A DNA stretch of 64,000 nt from an uncultured Actinomycetes bacterium (lineage in GTDB: Bacteria > Actinomycetota > UBA4738 > HRBIN12), in NCBI GenBank assembly GCA_963758715.1, contig CAVWWK010000001.1:257448-321447 (forward strand). The letters are read 5' to 3'. The translations under genes were made by a program, and so were the position numbers. Under the pieces are notes generated by a model. It worked only from the letters and a program-made list of their open reading frames with translations. It made no database searches and was not told the DNA's origin. Positions 29,572 to 38,013 of this stretch are shown one piece after another (position 1 is the first letter of the stretch; each line of letters begins with the position of its first letter).

Positions 29572-30486
29572 ATGAGCGAAGCTGAGGCCGTGGTGTGTTC
29601 GCCGACGGCGGGGCTGTTGAGCGAGGGACCGCGGTGGCATGAGGAGGCGGGTGAGCTGCTTTGGGTCGACATCCTCGGTGCCAAGTTCCACCGAGGTTCC
29701 ATCGCCGCCGACGGGACCCTAGAGCTGGTGGCTAGCGTGGAGTTCGATCGCCACGTCGGTGCAGTCGCGCCGGCGCTTGGCGGTGGATACGTGCTCGCCG
29801 CCGGCACCGGGTACCTCTTCGTCGACGCAGCGGGCACGGTGAGCGAGCTTGCCCAACCGGAAGGGAGTCGCACCGACGTTCGCATGAACGATGGGGCCTG
29901 CGACCCGCAGGGCCGATTCTGGGCAGGCACCATGGCTTACGACGAGTCGCCCGACGCCGGTGCGCTCTACCGCCTGGACCTCGACGGAACCTGCGCGACG
30001 GTCTTGACCAGACTGACCATCTCCAACGGCATCGGCTGGAGCCCGGATGGCACCACGATGTACCTGGCCGATAGCGGGACAGGTCGCGTCGATGCGTTCG
30101 ACTTCGATCGTGGCCGCGGAAGCATCAGCAGCCGTCGTACCCTCGTGCACGTGGAGCAGCCGGGGGTGGTCCCCGACGGCCTCACTGTTGACGCGGAGGG
30201 AGGGATCTGGGTGGCGCTTTGGGGGGGTGGTGCGGTTGGGCGGTACGCGGCCGATGGGTCGCTCCTAGCCACGGTGCGCTTGCCCGTCGAGCGACCGACG
30301 TCGTGCGCATTCGGAGGACCTGATCGTGCCACGCTGTTCGTCACCACCGCCCGCGCCGGGCTCGATGAAGTCGCCTTGGCCCGGCAGCCCGAAGCCGGCC
30401 ACGTGTTCCGCGTCGACGGCCTCGGTGTTCGTGGCGTGCCCTGCGAGCCGTACCGGGGGAGGGTCCACAAAGGAAAAAGCGGCTGA
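29572..30486 (+). CDS. SMP-30/gluconolactonase/LRE-family protein
   Basis: 304-aa ORF. SEGPRWHEEAGELLWVDI, NDGACDPQGRFWAGTM, NGIGWSPDG, PDGLTVDAEGGIWVA. Confidence 0.85.
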   Translation: MSEAEAVVCSPTAGLLSEGPRWHEEAGELLWVDILGAKFHRGSIAADGTLELVASVEFDRHVGAVAPALGGGYVLAAGTGYLFVDAAGTVSELAQPEGSRTDVRMNDGACDPQGRFWAGTMAYDESPDAGALYRLDLDGTCATVLTRLTISNGIGWSPDGTTMYLADSGTGRVDAFDFDRGRGSISSRRTLVHVEQPGVVPDGLTVDAEGGIWVALWGGGAVGRYAADGSLLATVRLPVERPTSCAFGGPDRATLFVTTARAGLDEVALARQPEAGHVFRVDGLGVRGVPCEPYRGRVHKGKSG

Positions 30487-30556
30487 GACCGCGAGGCACA
30501 CCTCGAGCACGTCGGCCCACACTGGGATCCTGTTGATCCCACGCCAGGAGGACGCC

Positions 30557-31603
30557 TCAAGGCTGCGCGAACTCCAAGACGACCTTGATATCGTCTGGAG
30601 CTCGCTGTAGCGCCTGCGGGACGGCGTCCGGGCGCACGCGCCGGGTCACCAGCTGTTCCAACCACGACGGGTCGGCGGAGGCTAGCGCGGTCGCCGCGCG
30701 ATAGTAGTGTCGCCGGTTGGCGTTCACCGAGCCGAATACGGCGATGTTCTTGAGTACGACGTCCGTCGCTAGCGCGGCCCCCGATGCGGTGGGGGCTTCC
30801 GCTCCTGAGCCGATCCCGGTGAGACAGACGATGCCGCCCGGCGAGGCCGTCTCGATCGCCTGGAGGATCAACTCGATAACGCCGGTACACTCCACGACGA
30901 TGTGCGGGCGCAGGCCCAGTTCGGTGATCGGTCCCGCATGGAAGGTTCCACCCAGTTGCTCGATCAGAGCCGGTTTCGGGCCGCTCGTTGCCCGATCGAG
31001 AACGTGGACGTCCGCACCCAGCTGGCGTCCGATCAGGGCGGCCAGCAGCCCGATTGGCCCCGCACCGACCACAAGGACCGTGCGCGGATCCCAGAAGGTG
31101 CGCCGGCCGATGGCGAGGATATGCTCCCACGCCTTGGCCACCACGGTGGCGGGCTCCAGGAGCACACCGAGCGTTCCGAGGGACTTGTCCATGCGCACCG
31201 CGTAGTCCGGCTCGATCCGCCAGCGCTCAGCCATGAACCCGTCGACCTGTTTGATGCCCCGCTCGGTGTACCGACCATTCGAACACATGTCCCATTCGCC
31301 GACGGCACAGTTCGGGCAGGGCACCGGGTCAGGCCTTCGGACGATCCCGACGACATGCTCACCGACTGTGAAGCCGCTTGGGCCCGGGTCCACCACGCGG
31401 CCGAGCGACTCGTGGCCCAGGATCAGCCGATCTCGGCCAGGAGGCGCCCACCCGTAGTCGCCGCTCGCGATCTCGGCGTCTGTGCCGCAGATCCCGACAG
31501 CCAGCGTTTCGACCAGGACCGACCCCAGCGCCACATCAGGTTCGGGAACCTCTTCCAGTTGCACCGACCCCGCCGTCCCGGGCGCCACGGTCACGGCCTT
31601 CAC
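30557..31603 (-). CDS. zinc-dependent MDR alcohol dehydrogenase, glucose 1-dehydrogenase-like
   Basis: VKAVTV...GICGTDAEI, GHESLG, CPNCAVGEWDMC, VVGAGPIGL. GTG 31603 within listed ORF 30557..31795. Confidence 0.8.
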   Translation of the reverse strand: MKAVTVAPGTAGSVQLEEVPEPDVALGSVLVETLAVGICGTDAEIASGDYGWAPPGRDRLILGHESLGRVVDPGPSGFTVGEHVVGIVRRPDPVPCPNCAVGEWDMCSNGRYTERGIKQVDGFMAERWRIEPDYAVRMDKSLGTLGVLLEPATVVAKAWEHILAIGRRTFWDPRTVLVVGAGPIGLLAALIGRQLGADVHVLDRATSGPKPALIEQLGGTFHAGPITELGLRPHIVVECTGVIELILQAIETASPGGIVCLTGIGSGAEAPTASGAALATDVVLKNIAVFGSVNANRRHYYRAATALASADPSWLEQLVTRRVRPDAVPQALQRAPDDIKVVLEFAQP

Positions 31604-31689
31604 GCGTACTCCTCGAGCAGACTCGGTTCGGAACTCCCAGCCATGTCCACCCCGGAGCTTACGCCATCCACAGAAGTGGGCCGAGCGGT

Positions 31690-31785
31690 CGCAAGGATGA
31701 GCCGGGCCCGAAACCGGCCACGTTGTCCCGGGTCGACGGCCTCGGCGTTCGTGGCGTGCCCTTCGCGCCGTACTCTGCGAGGATC
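31690..31785 (+). pseudogene. remnant of a gluconolactonase 3' end (repeat of 30388..30455)
   Basis: CCCGAAACCGGCCACGTTGTCCCGGGTCGACGGCCTCGGCGTTCGTGGCGTGCCCTTCGCGCCGTAC aligns with CCCGAAGCCGGCCACGTGTTCCGCGTCGACGGCCTCGGTGTTCGTGGCGTGCCCTGCGAGCCGTAC. Confidence 0.7.
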
Positions 31786-31818
31786 GACGCCGCAACGATC
31801 CGCGGCTGTTGAGGAGGG

Positions 31819-33252
31819 ATGATGAGGCTACTGGTCCTCGGTGGCGGTCCCGCCGGTCTCACCGCGGCCCTGCAGGCACGCGAGTTGAATGCCGAAGTCA
31901 CGCTGATCGAGGCCGACCGGATCGGGGGAACCAGCCTCAACCGGGGTCCGGCGCCGGTCCGAAGCCTCGCCCGTGCCGCTCGGCTCCTCCGTGACACCAA
32001 GTCCTGGCCCGACTTCGGGCTGCGGGGACCGGGCCCTGAGCTGGACCTGGCGACCACGTTGGAGAACGCCGGGCGGGTGGCCGATTATGTCCATCACGAG
32101 CGACGTCTCAGCGAGCACCTGGCCGGCGCCGGCATCGAGCTGGTCGAGGACGTCGGACCGGCACACTTCGTCGACCCCCACAACGTGGTCGTTGCCGACG
32201 GTCGCAAGTGGCAGGCTGATCGGATCATCATCGCTGTGGGCGGGCACCCAGGGCGGTTGACTATCCCCGGCGCAGAGCTCGGTTTGACGTACACCGACAT
32301 CCGCGGGCTGACGGCCCTCCCTGGCCGGGTCGCGGTCATCGGAGGAGCGGACACCGGATGTCAGCTGGCGTCGATCTTGGCCGACTTCGGCTGCCATACC
32401 GTACTGCTGGAGTTCGGGCCACGACTCATCCCACGTGCCGACCAAGACATCTCGTCCGGGCTGGGCGCCGCCTTCACGCGGCGGGGGATCGAGGTCCTCA
32501 CCGGGGCGAGCGTCCAAAGGCTGGTGCGGGTCGAGCGTGGTATCGAGGTTCAATTCGAAGAAGCGGACGGGCATTCCAGTCGATCGGTCGACGCGGCCTT
32601 CTTCGCGGTGGGCTGGCCGGCCAACCTGGAGGAGCTGGGACTGGCCGAGGCTGGCATCGCGGCCGACGGGGGTCGCATCCCCGTGAACGACTGGCTGCAG
32701 ACCAATGTCGACCATGTGTTCGCCGCCGGCGATGTGAATGGCCGCAGCATGCTGGTGCCCAGCGCACGCCACGAGGGCCGGCTCGCGGCGGAGAACGCAG
32801 TGGTCGGCACGCGCCGGCGCGTCGCCCACGACATCGTGCCCACCGGCAGCTTCACGGACCCTGAGTACGCCAGTGTCGGATTGACCGAGGCTCAGGCGCG
32901 CGATCGCTACGATTGCGCAGTTGCGATCGTCCGCCACGGCAACCTGCTACGGGCCGTGATCGACGGTCACGTCGAAGGCTTCTGCAAGCTGATCGTCGAG
33001 CGACGACACCGATTCATCCTGGGTGCCCACGTCCTTGGCGAATACTCGGCCGAGGTCATCCAGGTCGTTGCAGTCGCTATGACCGCCAACCTGCGCGTCG
33101 AACAGCTCGCCGAGCTCCAGCTCGCCTTCCCGACGTTCTCCGAGGCGCTGGGCATGGCCGCCCAGCAGCTGGTCCGCGAGCTGGGCATCGCTCGTATGCC
33201 TCCATCGCTGAGCGAACTCGAGCCGCCGCGGTCCCAGCGAGACCAGGGTTGA
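31819..33252 (+). CDS. FAD-dependent pyridine nucleotide-disulfide oxidoreductase homologue lacking the redox-active Cys pair
   Basis: LVLGGGPAGLTAA and VIGGADTGCQLA dinucleotide folds plus a dimerisation domain. The active-site box reads GGTSLNRGPAPVRS instead of GGTCxNxGCxPSK, and the C-terminal box reads AFPTFSE instead of HPTLSE. Confidence 0.8.
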   Translation: MMRLLVLGGGPAGLTAALQARELNAEVTLIEADRIGGTSLNRGPAPVRSLARAARLLRDTKSWPDFGLRGPGPELDLATTLENAGRVADYVHHERRLSEHLAGAGIELVEDVGPAHFVDPHNVVVADGRKWQADRIIIAVGGHPGRLTIPGAELGLTYTDIRGLTALPGRVAVIGGADTGCQLASILADFGCHTVLLEFGPRLIPRADQDISSGLGAAFTRRGIEVLTGASVQRLVRVERGIEVQFEEADGHSSRSVDAAFFAVGWPANLEELGLAEAGIAADGGRIPVNDWLQTNVDHVFAAGDVNGRSMLVPSARHEGRLAAENAVVGTRRRVAHDIVPTGSFTDPEYASVGLTEAQARDRYDCAVAIVRHGNLLRAVIDGHVEGFCKLIVERRHRFILGAHVLGEYSAEVIQVVAVAMTANLRVEQLAELQLAFPTFSEALGMAAQQLVRELGIARMPPSLSELEPPRSQRDQG

Positions 33253-33270
33253 TCCTCCGCGCTGGCGGGG

Positions 33271-35364
33271 TCAGGTCGCGCCGCGTTCTCCGATGCGACG
33301 GTAGGCCCAAGCCACGCTCCGGCGCGCCAGGATCATGGTCACGACGAGCAAGGCGACCTCGATGAACCCACCGAGCGCGACCCTGTCGCCGAAGATGACG
33401 TCGATGACCTCGAGGACGACGAACTTGGAGATGAACAGGATCGAGAACACCGCCACCACCCCGAGAGCCCGCCAGATCGGCCCTTCTCGCTCGTTGAACC
33501 AACCTCGCACGCGGTGCTCCAGTCCAGCGATCGCGTCGATCAAGAGCTTCAGGACCACCGCGGTGAAGATGGAGATGGTGAACGACTCGGTGATGACCTT
33601 CGGCACGTACTCGACGAACAGGTTGAGGACCAAGATGTAGACGAGGACATCCGTGACCCAGGACGCGAACAGTTCCTGCCCTCGCGTGACCCTGATCCCG
33701 TCGGAGTCGTTCGCTATCGGGCTCACCCGCCCGGGGGCGAAGGATCGCCGACCGCCGCCACGGCCCCCGGGCTGCTGGGTCGGGACCCGCCGGGTGAAGA
33801 AGAGCGCGACCACGCTGAACAGGGCGAGGAGCGCGAGCGCCGTGCGAAGCCCATCCACGCGAGCGCTTCCGTATTCGTCCAGCACCGCGTCGGCGGTCTG
33901 CTGGTTGACTCCCTCGTCCTGCAGAGCGGACTCGAGGTCGGCATCCGAGATGAACGGGACCCCACTCGCGAGCTCCACGTTCGCCTGACCCGACACATCT
34001 TGTGGCACATCGGGGTTCTCGGTGATGCCGGTCAGGAACGAGGCCGTCAGGGAAGCGATGAGTACCGATCCCGCCAGGGCCGTTCCGAGCGACGCGCCGA
34101 ACTGCGTGGCTGTGTTCTGGAGCCCGCCGACCTCAGGCGCAAGCTCCTCAGGTGCGGCCGAGACGGTGACGGCACCGAGCTGCGATGCGAGTGCCCCGAA
34201 TCCCAGCCCGACCACCAGCATCGGGATCGTGACGATGCTCGCCGTTGCGTCGGCATCCATCGCGGCCAGGAGCACCAAGATGCCGACCAACACCGCGACG
34301 AAGCCGATCGTCACGATCCGGCGAGGTGACGTCGTGGGGAAGAGCTTCGGCACACCCGCAGCCGCGAGCAGCATCGTCACCGAGAGCGGTGTGATCCTGA
34401 TCCCGGTCTCGATGGCGGAGAGCCCGAGCGCGACCGAAAGGAACAGGGGCACCACGAAGAAGAGCCCCATCATCACGACGAACTGGAGGAGGAACATCAG
34501 GAGCCCCCCGTTCAGTCCGTGCTGCTCGATGAACGATGGGGTGAACAGCGGCTCCTTCCCTGCGCGGTCGAGCCGCCGGATGTGCATCCCGAACAGGCGG
34601 AGCGCCACGAGCCCTGCAACGAACATCCAGAACACCGGTGACATACCGAGGATCGACGGACCGCCCTCGTTCGGCAGGAACCAGCCCCACTCGCCGGACC
34701 TCAGCACGCCGAACACGATCAGCCCCATGCCCGCGGCCCAGAGCACCGAACCGATCAGGTCCAGATGAGGCCGGACCTCGACGGGAGCCTCGGCGATGCG
34801 GCGACCGAAGAAGAAGATGCCTGCTCCGACGATCACCTCGCCGGCGAAGACCCATCTCCACGAAGCGTAGGTGGTGGCGAGCCCGCCGATCAGCGGCCCG
34901 ACAGCGATCGCAACAGCGGCGGCCGCTCCTACCAAGCCGTACGCGCGAGGCCGGCCCTCGGTCGGGAAGTTGCCGGCGACCAGCGCGACGATCGCGGGCA
35001 TGATCAGGGCCGCCCCGATCCCTTCGAGGAGCGACCACCCGAGGAGCAGGACCGTGAGGTTCGGCGCCAATGCGGTCGTCAGCGACCCGGAGCAGTAGAT
35101 CACCAGCCCCAGCATGAACGCACGCTTGCGGCCGATCATCGAGCCGATCTTGCCGCCGGTGACCATCAGCATCGCCATGACCAGCGTGTAGAGGACGATG
35201 GCGGTCTGGATCCCGGTGATGGTCGTCCCGAGATCGTCGGCCACGGTGGCGATCGAGACGTTCATGACCGAGCTGTCGAGCGCCATCAGGAACTGCCCGG
35301 CGCAGAGCGTGAGCAGCACCGTGCCTGCGGCAGTCCCGACCTGCTCGGCGGCTCTGTCGGTCAT
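33271..35364 (-). CDS. DHA2/EmrB-type 14-TMS MFS transporter with a 150-aa extra C-terminal membrane module (possibly two genes)
   Basis: LALDSSVMNVSIATVADDLG and GKIGSMIGRKRAF MFS motifs. About 520 aa of transporter are followed by a Gly/Arg linker and a 4-span module that could start at GTG 33726. Confidence 0.75.
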   Translation of the reverse strand: MTDRAAEQVGTAAGTVLLTLCAGQFLMALDSSVMNVSIATVADDLGTTITGIQTAIVLYTLVMAMLMVTGGKIGSMIGRKRAFMLGLVIYCSGSLTTALAPNLTVLLLGWSLLEGIGAALIMPAIVALVAGNFPTEGRPRAYGLVGAAAAVAIAVGPLIGGLATTYASWRWVFAGEVIVGAGIFFFGRRIAEAPVEVRPHLDLIGSVLWAAGMGLIVFGVLRSGEWGWFLPNEGGPSILGMSPVFWMFVAGLVALRLFGMHIRRLDRAGKEPLFTPSFIEQHGLNGGLLMFLLQFVVMMGLFFVVPLFLSVALGLSAIETGIRITPLSVTMLLAAAGVPKLFPTTSPRRIVTIGFVAVLVGILVLLAAMDADATASIVTIPMLVVGLGFGALASQLGAVTVSAAPEELAPEVGGLQNTATQFGASLGTALAGSVLIASLTASFLTGITENPDVPQDVSGQANVELASGVPFISDADLESALQDEGVNQQTADAVLDEYGSARVDGLRTALALLALFSVVALFFTRRVPTQQPGGRGGGRRSFAPGRVSPIANDSDGIRVTRGQELFASWVTDVLVYILVLNLFVEYVPKVITESFTISIFTAVVLKLLIDAIAGLEHRVRGWFNEREGPIWRALGVVAVFSILFISKFVVLEVIDVIFGDRVALGGFIEVALLVVTMILARRSVAWAYRRIGERGAT

Positions 35365-35686
35365 CTCACCTCATCCTGGCGGCTCAGTTGGGATCGCCGC
35401 AGGGTGGAGGAAGCTCGATCTTCCGGCTGGGATCCGGCGCCTAGGTTCGCAACGCCCGCGAAGGTCTCACGGCGTATCGGGAGACTGGTGCGATCGGGTT
35501 GACTCATCCGGACTCCTTCTTCGACCAGTGCGGTTCCCGCCGGAGCCATGCCGATCGAGAGCTCCAAGCGTCGCAACTCTAGCGCCGTTCGGTCTGATCG
35601 CGCCGAGCCCGATGACGCCGCGTCGGACGGCCGATGACGGCGAGCCTCGACGGCAGGTCGGGCCTGGTGCGCCGGCGGCCGCATCG

Positions 35687-36646
35687 TCATCGGACGACGA
35701 GCCGCATCAGCTCGTCCACGATCTCGCCGGCGGGTTGCGGTCCCCGCACGGCGTCGACCGAGGTCCCCGCGTACAGCGCCATCGCTCCGATCTCGCCGGT
35801 GGTCTCGCGGCGAGGCGGCATCGCGCTGAACCGAGGGATCGGCCGGCCTCCGTGCTCCGCGGCGGAGTCGGCGCCCAAGCGTTCAGCGGCCTCGATCGCC
35901 GAGCACAGGACGCGGTGCGGGGCGTCCGGCCAACCCACCTCGAAGGCCTCGGTCACGCACGTGTCGGCCGCGGTCGCTTCGGCCAGCGCCGCTACGTAGT
36001 CGGGGTGGACGTCCGCCTCGGTAGCCGCCAGGAACCGCGTGCCGATCCGAACGCCGCGGGCGCCGGCGCCCATGATCTGTGCGACCCGCTCGGCCGTGCC
36101 GATCCCGCCCGCCGCCACGACCGGCGCGTCGACCTCCGCGAGTGTCTCGGCGAGGAGCCTGTCGAGCGACACGTCGCCTCGCAGGTGCCCGCCCGCCTCG
36201 ACGCCCTGGACTGCCACGTAGTCGCAGCCCGCCCGCGCCGCGGCGACCGCCTCCGCGGTCGACCCGACCTGCCAGCCCACGACCGCTCCGTGCGCCGCGG
36301 CCACCTCGACCAACTCGCGCCGAGGCTCGCCCCAGAAGAAGTCGACGACGTCGCCCGCGTGCGCCGCCCGTTCGATCAGCTCACGATCGGCCCAGTCGGC
36401 CAGGATGCCGATCCCGACGGGTCCGTCGTTGGTCGCGCGCACGTCCCGCGTGATCGCGTCGATCTCGTCGGGCGTGCGACCTGGGACCGTGCCGAGCCCG
36501 CCCGCCCGGCCGACGGCGGCCGCGAGCCGCGCCGTGACCACCGCTCCCATCGGCGCCAGCTGGATCGGGAGTCGGCACCCGACGAGGTCGGCGAGCGACC
36601 GCCGATCCCGGGAGGTGGATCCGCCGATCCGTGCCCCCACGTGCAT
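35687..36646 (-). CDS. nitronate monooxygenase (NMO, 2-nitropropane dioxygenase-like)
   Basis: PIQLAPMG, VQGVEAGGH, VVAAGGIGT, GVRIGTRF. Only the 3' third of listed ORF 35687..37423 is coding. Confidence 0.8.
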   Translation of the reverse strand: MHVGARIGGSTSRDRRSLADLVGCRLPIQLAPMGAVVTARLAAAVGRAGGLGTVPGRTPDEIDAITRDVRATNDGPVGIGILADWADRELIERAAHAGDVVDFFWGEPRRELVEVAAAHGAVVGWQVGSTAEAVAAARAGCDYVAVQGVEAGGHLRGDVSLDRLLAETLAEVDAPVVAAGGIGTAERVAQIMGAGARGVRIGTRFLAATEADVHPDYVAALAEATAADTCVTEAFEVGWPDAPHRVLCSAIEAAERLGADSAAEHGGRPIPRFSAMPPRRETTGEIGAMALYAGTSVDAVRGPQPAGEIVDELMRLVVR

Positions 36647-36828
36647 GCGCGTCGAGACTACGCGGCGAATCGCGAGACGCGTAACGTCGCCCCCGGGCGG
36701 AGGAACACCAGGCGTCGCCGAGGAGGGCAGGCATGAGCGACGACTTCGACGTGGTCGTGCCGTGGGCACAATACCGGGCGTGACCTGCGGGAACGATGCT
36801 CCGCCGCAGGTCACGGGACCGCGCGGAA

Positions 36829-36877
36829 CCTCCCGTGGTTGGAGGAAGTCCGGGTTCGATTCCCCGCTCCGGCTCCA
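36829..36877 (+). other. tRNA-Thr-like 3' fragment (anticodon arm to CCA), no 5' half
   Basis: CCTCC-CGTGGTT-GGAGG AAGTC C(G)GGG-TTCGATT-CCCCG CTCCGGC T CCA closely parallels 23295..23340. The upstream 30 nt show no D arm and no acceptor 5' strand. Confidence 0.5.
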
Positions 36878-37060
36878 TCGTTCACATTGCCCTGCCGGAT
36901 GGTGCTCCGGTCCCTGAGTGACCGCCGCGAGGCTGCGCCACGAGCAGGCCGTAGAACGTCGGCGCCACGGGCGGAAGGCGCGGGCACCTGCCTTCGCGGT
37001 CGTCGAGGTGTGGGCCCTCGGGTTACGCTCTCGACGTGTCCGGATCCATGGGATAGGTGA

Positions 37061-37997
37061 GTGGCCGACCGTCCGAACATCCTGTCTGCCACCCTCCGGA
37101 AAGGGATGGTGCGGATCCCTGGCGGCACGTTCGCGATGGGCTCCGAGGATCACTACCCGGAGGAGGCGCCCGTCCGCGAAGTCACGGTTGACGGCTTCTG
37201 GATGGACGAGCGTCCCGTAACGAACCTCGAGTTCCTGCGATTCGTGAAGTCCACCGGTCACGTGACGTCGGCGGAGCAGACGCCCGACCCGGCCGACTAC
37301 CCCGATGCCGATCCCGACATGCTCTTCGCCGGGTCCGTCGTGTTCCAGAAGTCCTCGGGGCCGGTCGACCTGAGCGATCACTTCAATTGGTGGACATGGA
37401 CGCGCGACGCCGATTGGCGGCATCCGACAGGGCCGGAGAGCTCGCTCCAGCGGCCGTGAGCGGCATCCCGTGGTGCAGGTCGCTTTCAGCGATGCGGAGG
37501 CCTATGCCTCATGGGCGGGGAAGGAACTGCCGACCGAGGCCGAATGGGAGTTCGCCGCCCGCGGGGGACTGGCCGGCGCGGAGTTCGCCTGGGGCGACGA
37601 GTTCATGCCGAAGGGCAAGCCGATGGCGAACACGTGGCAGGGCGAGTTCCCGCATGAGAACACCCTCCTCGACGGCTACGAGGGCACGTCACCGGTCGGG
37701 TCCTTCCCGCCGAACGGCTACGGCCTGTACGACATGACCGGCAACGTGTGGGAGTGGACGACCGACTGGTACATGGCGAGCCATGAGGCGGCGTCGCCAT
37801 GCTGCGGTGGAGACCTCCGGGCGGCGAGCGTCGATCCGAGCGACCCGTCCGCGATCCCGCGAAGAGTGATGAAGGGCGGATCGCACTTGTGCGCGCCGAA
37901 CTACTGCCGGCGCTACCGGCCGGCGGCACGGATGGCGCAGGCGATCGACACGTCGACCAACCACCTCGGGTTTCGCTGCATCGTCCGCGAGCCGTAG
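37061..37997 (+). CDS. formylglycine-generating enzyme (SUMF1/FGE family), 1 frameshift near 37455
   Basis: [83 protein letters not shown]. Confidence 0.85.
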
Positions 37998-38013
37998 GAC
38001 GAAGGAGGTAGAC

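Noticed and set aside
36700-36900. Complete tRNA, tRNA-Sec or tmRNA at the NMO/FGE intergenic region
   Set aside because: I found no 5' acceptor strand complementary to CTCCGGC and no D arm, UCA loop or tmRNA-type 5' GGGG end within 170 nt upstream. Only the 3' two-thirds is tRNA-like.
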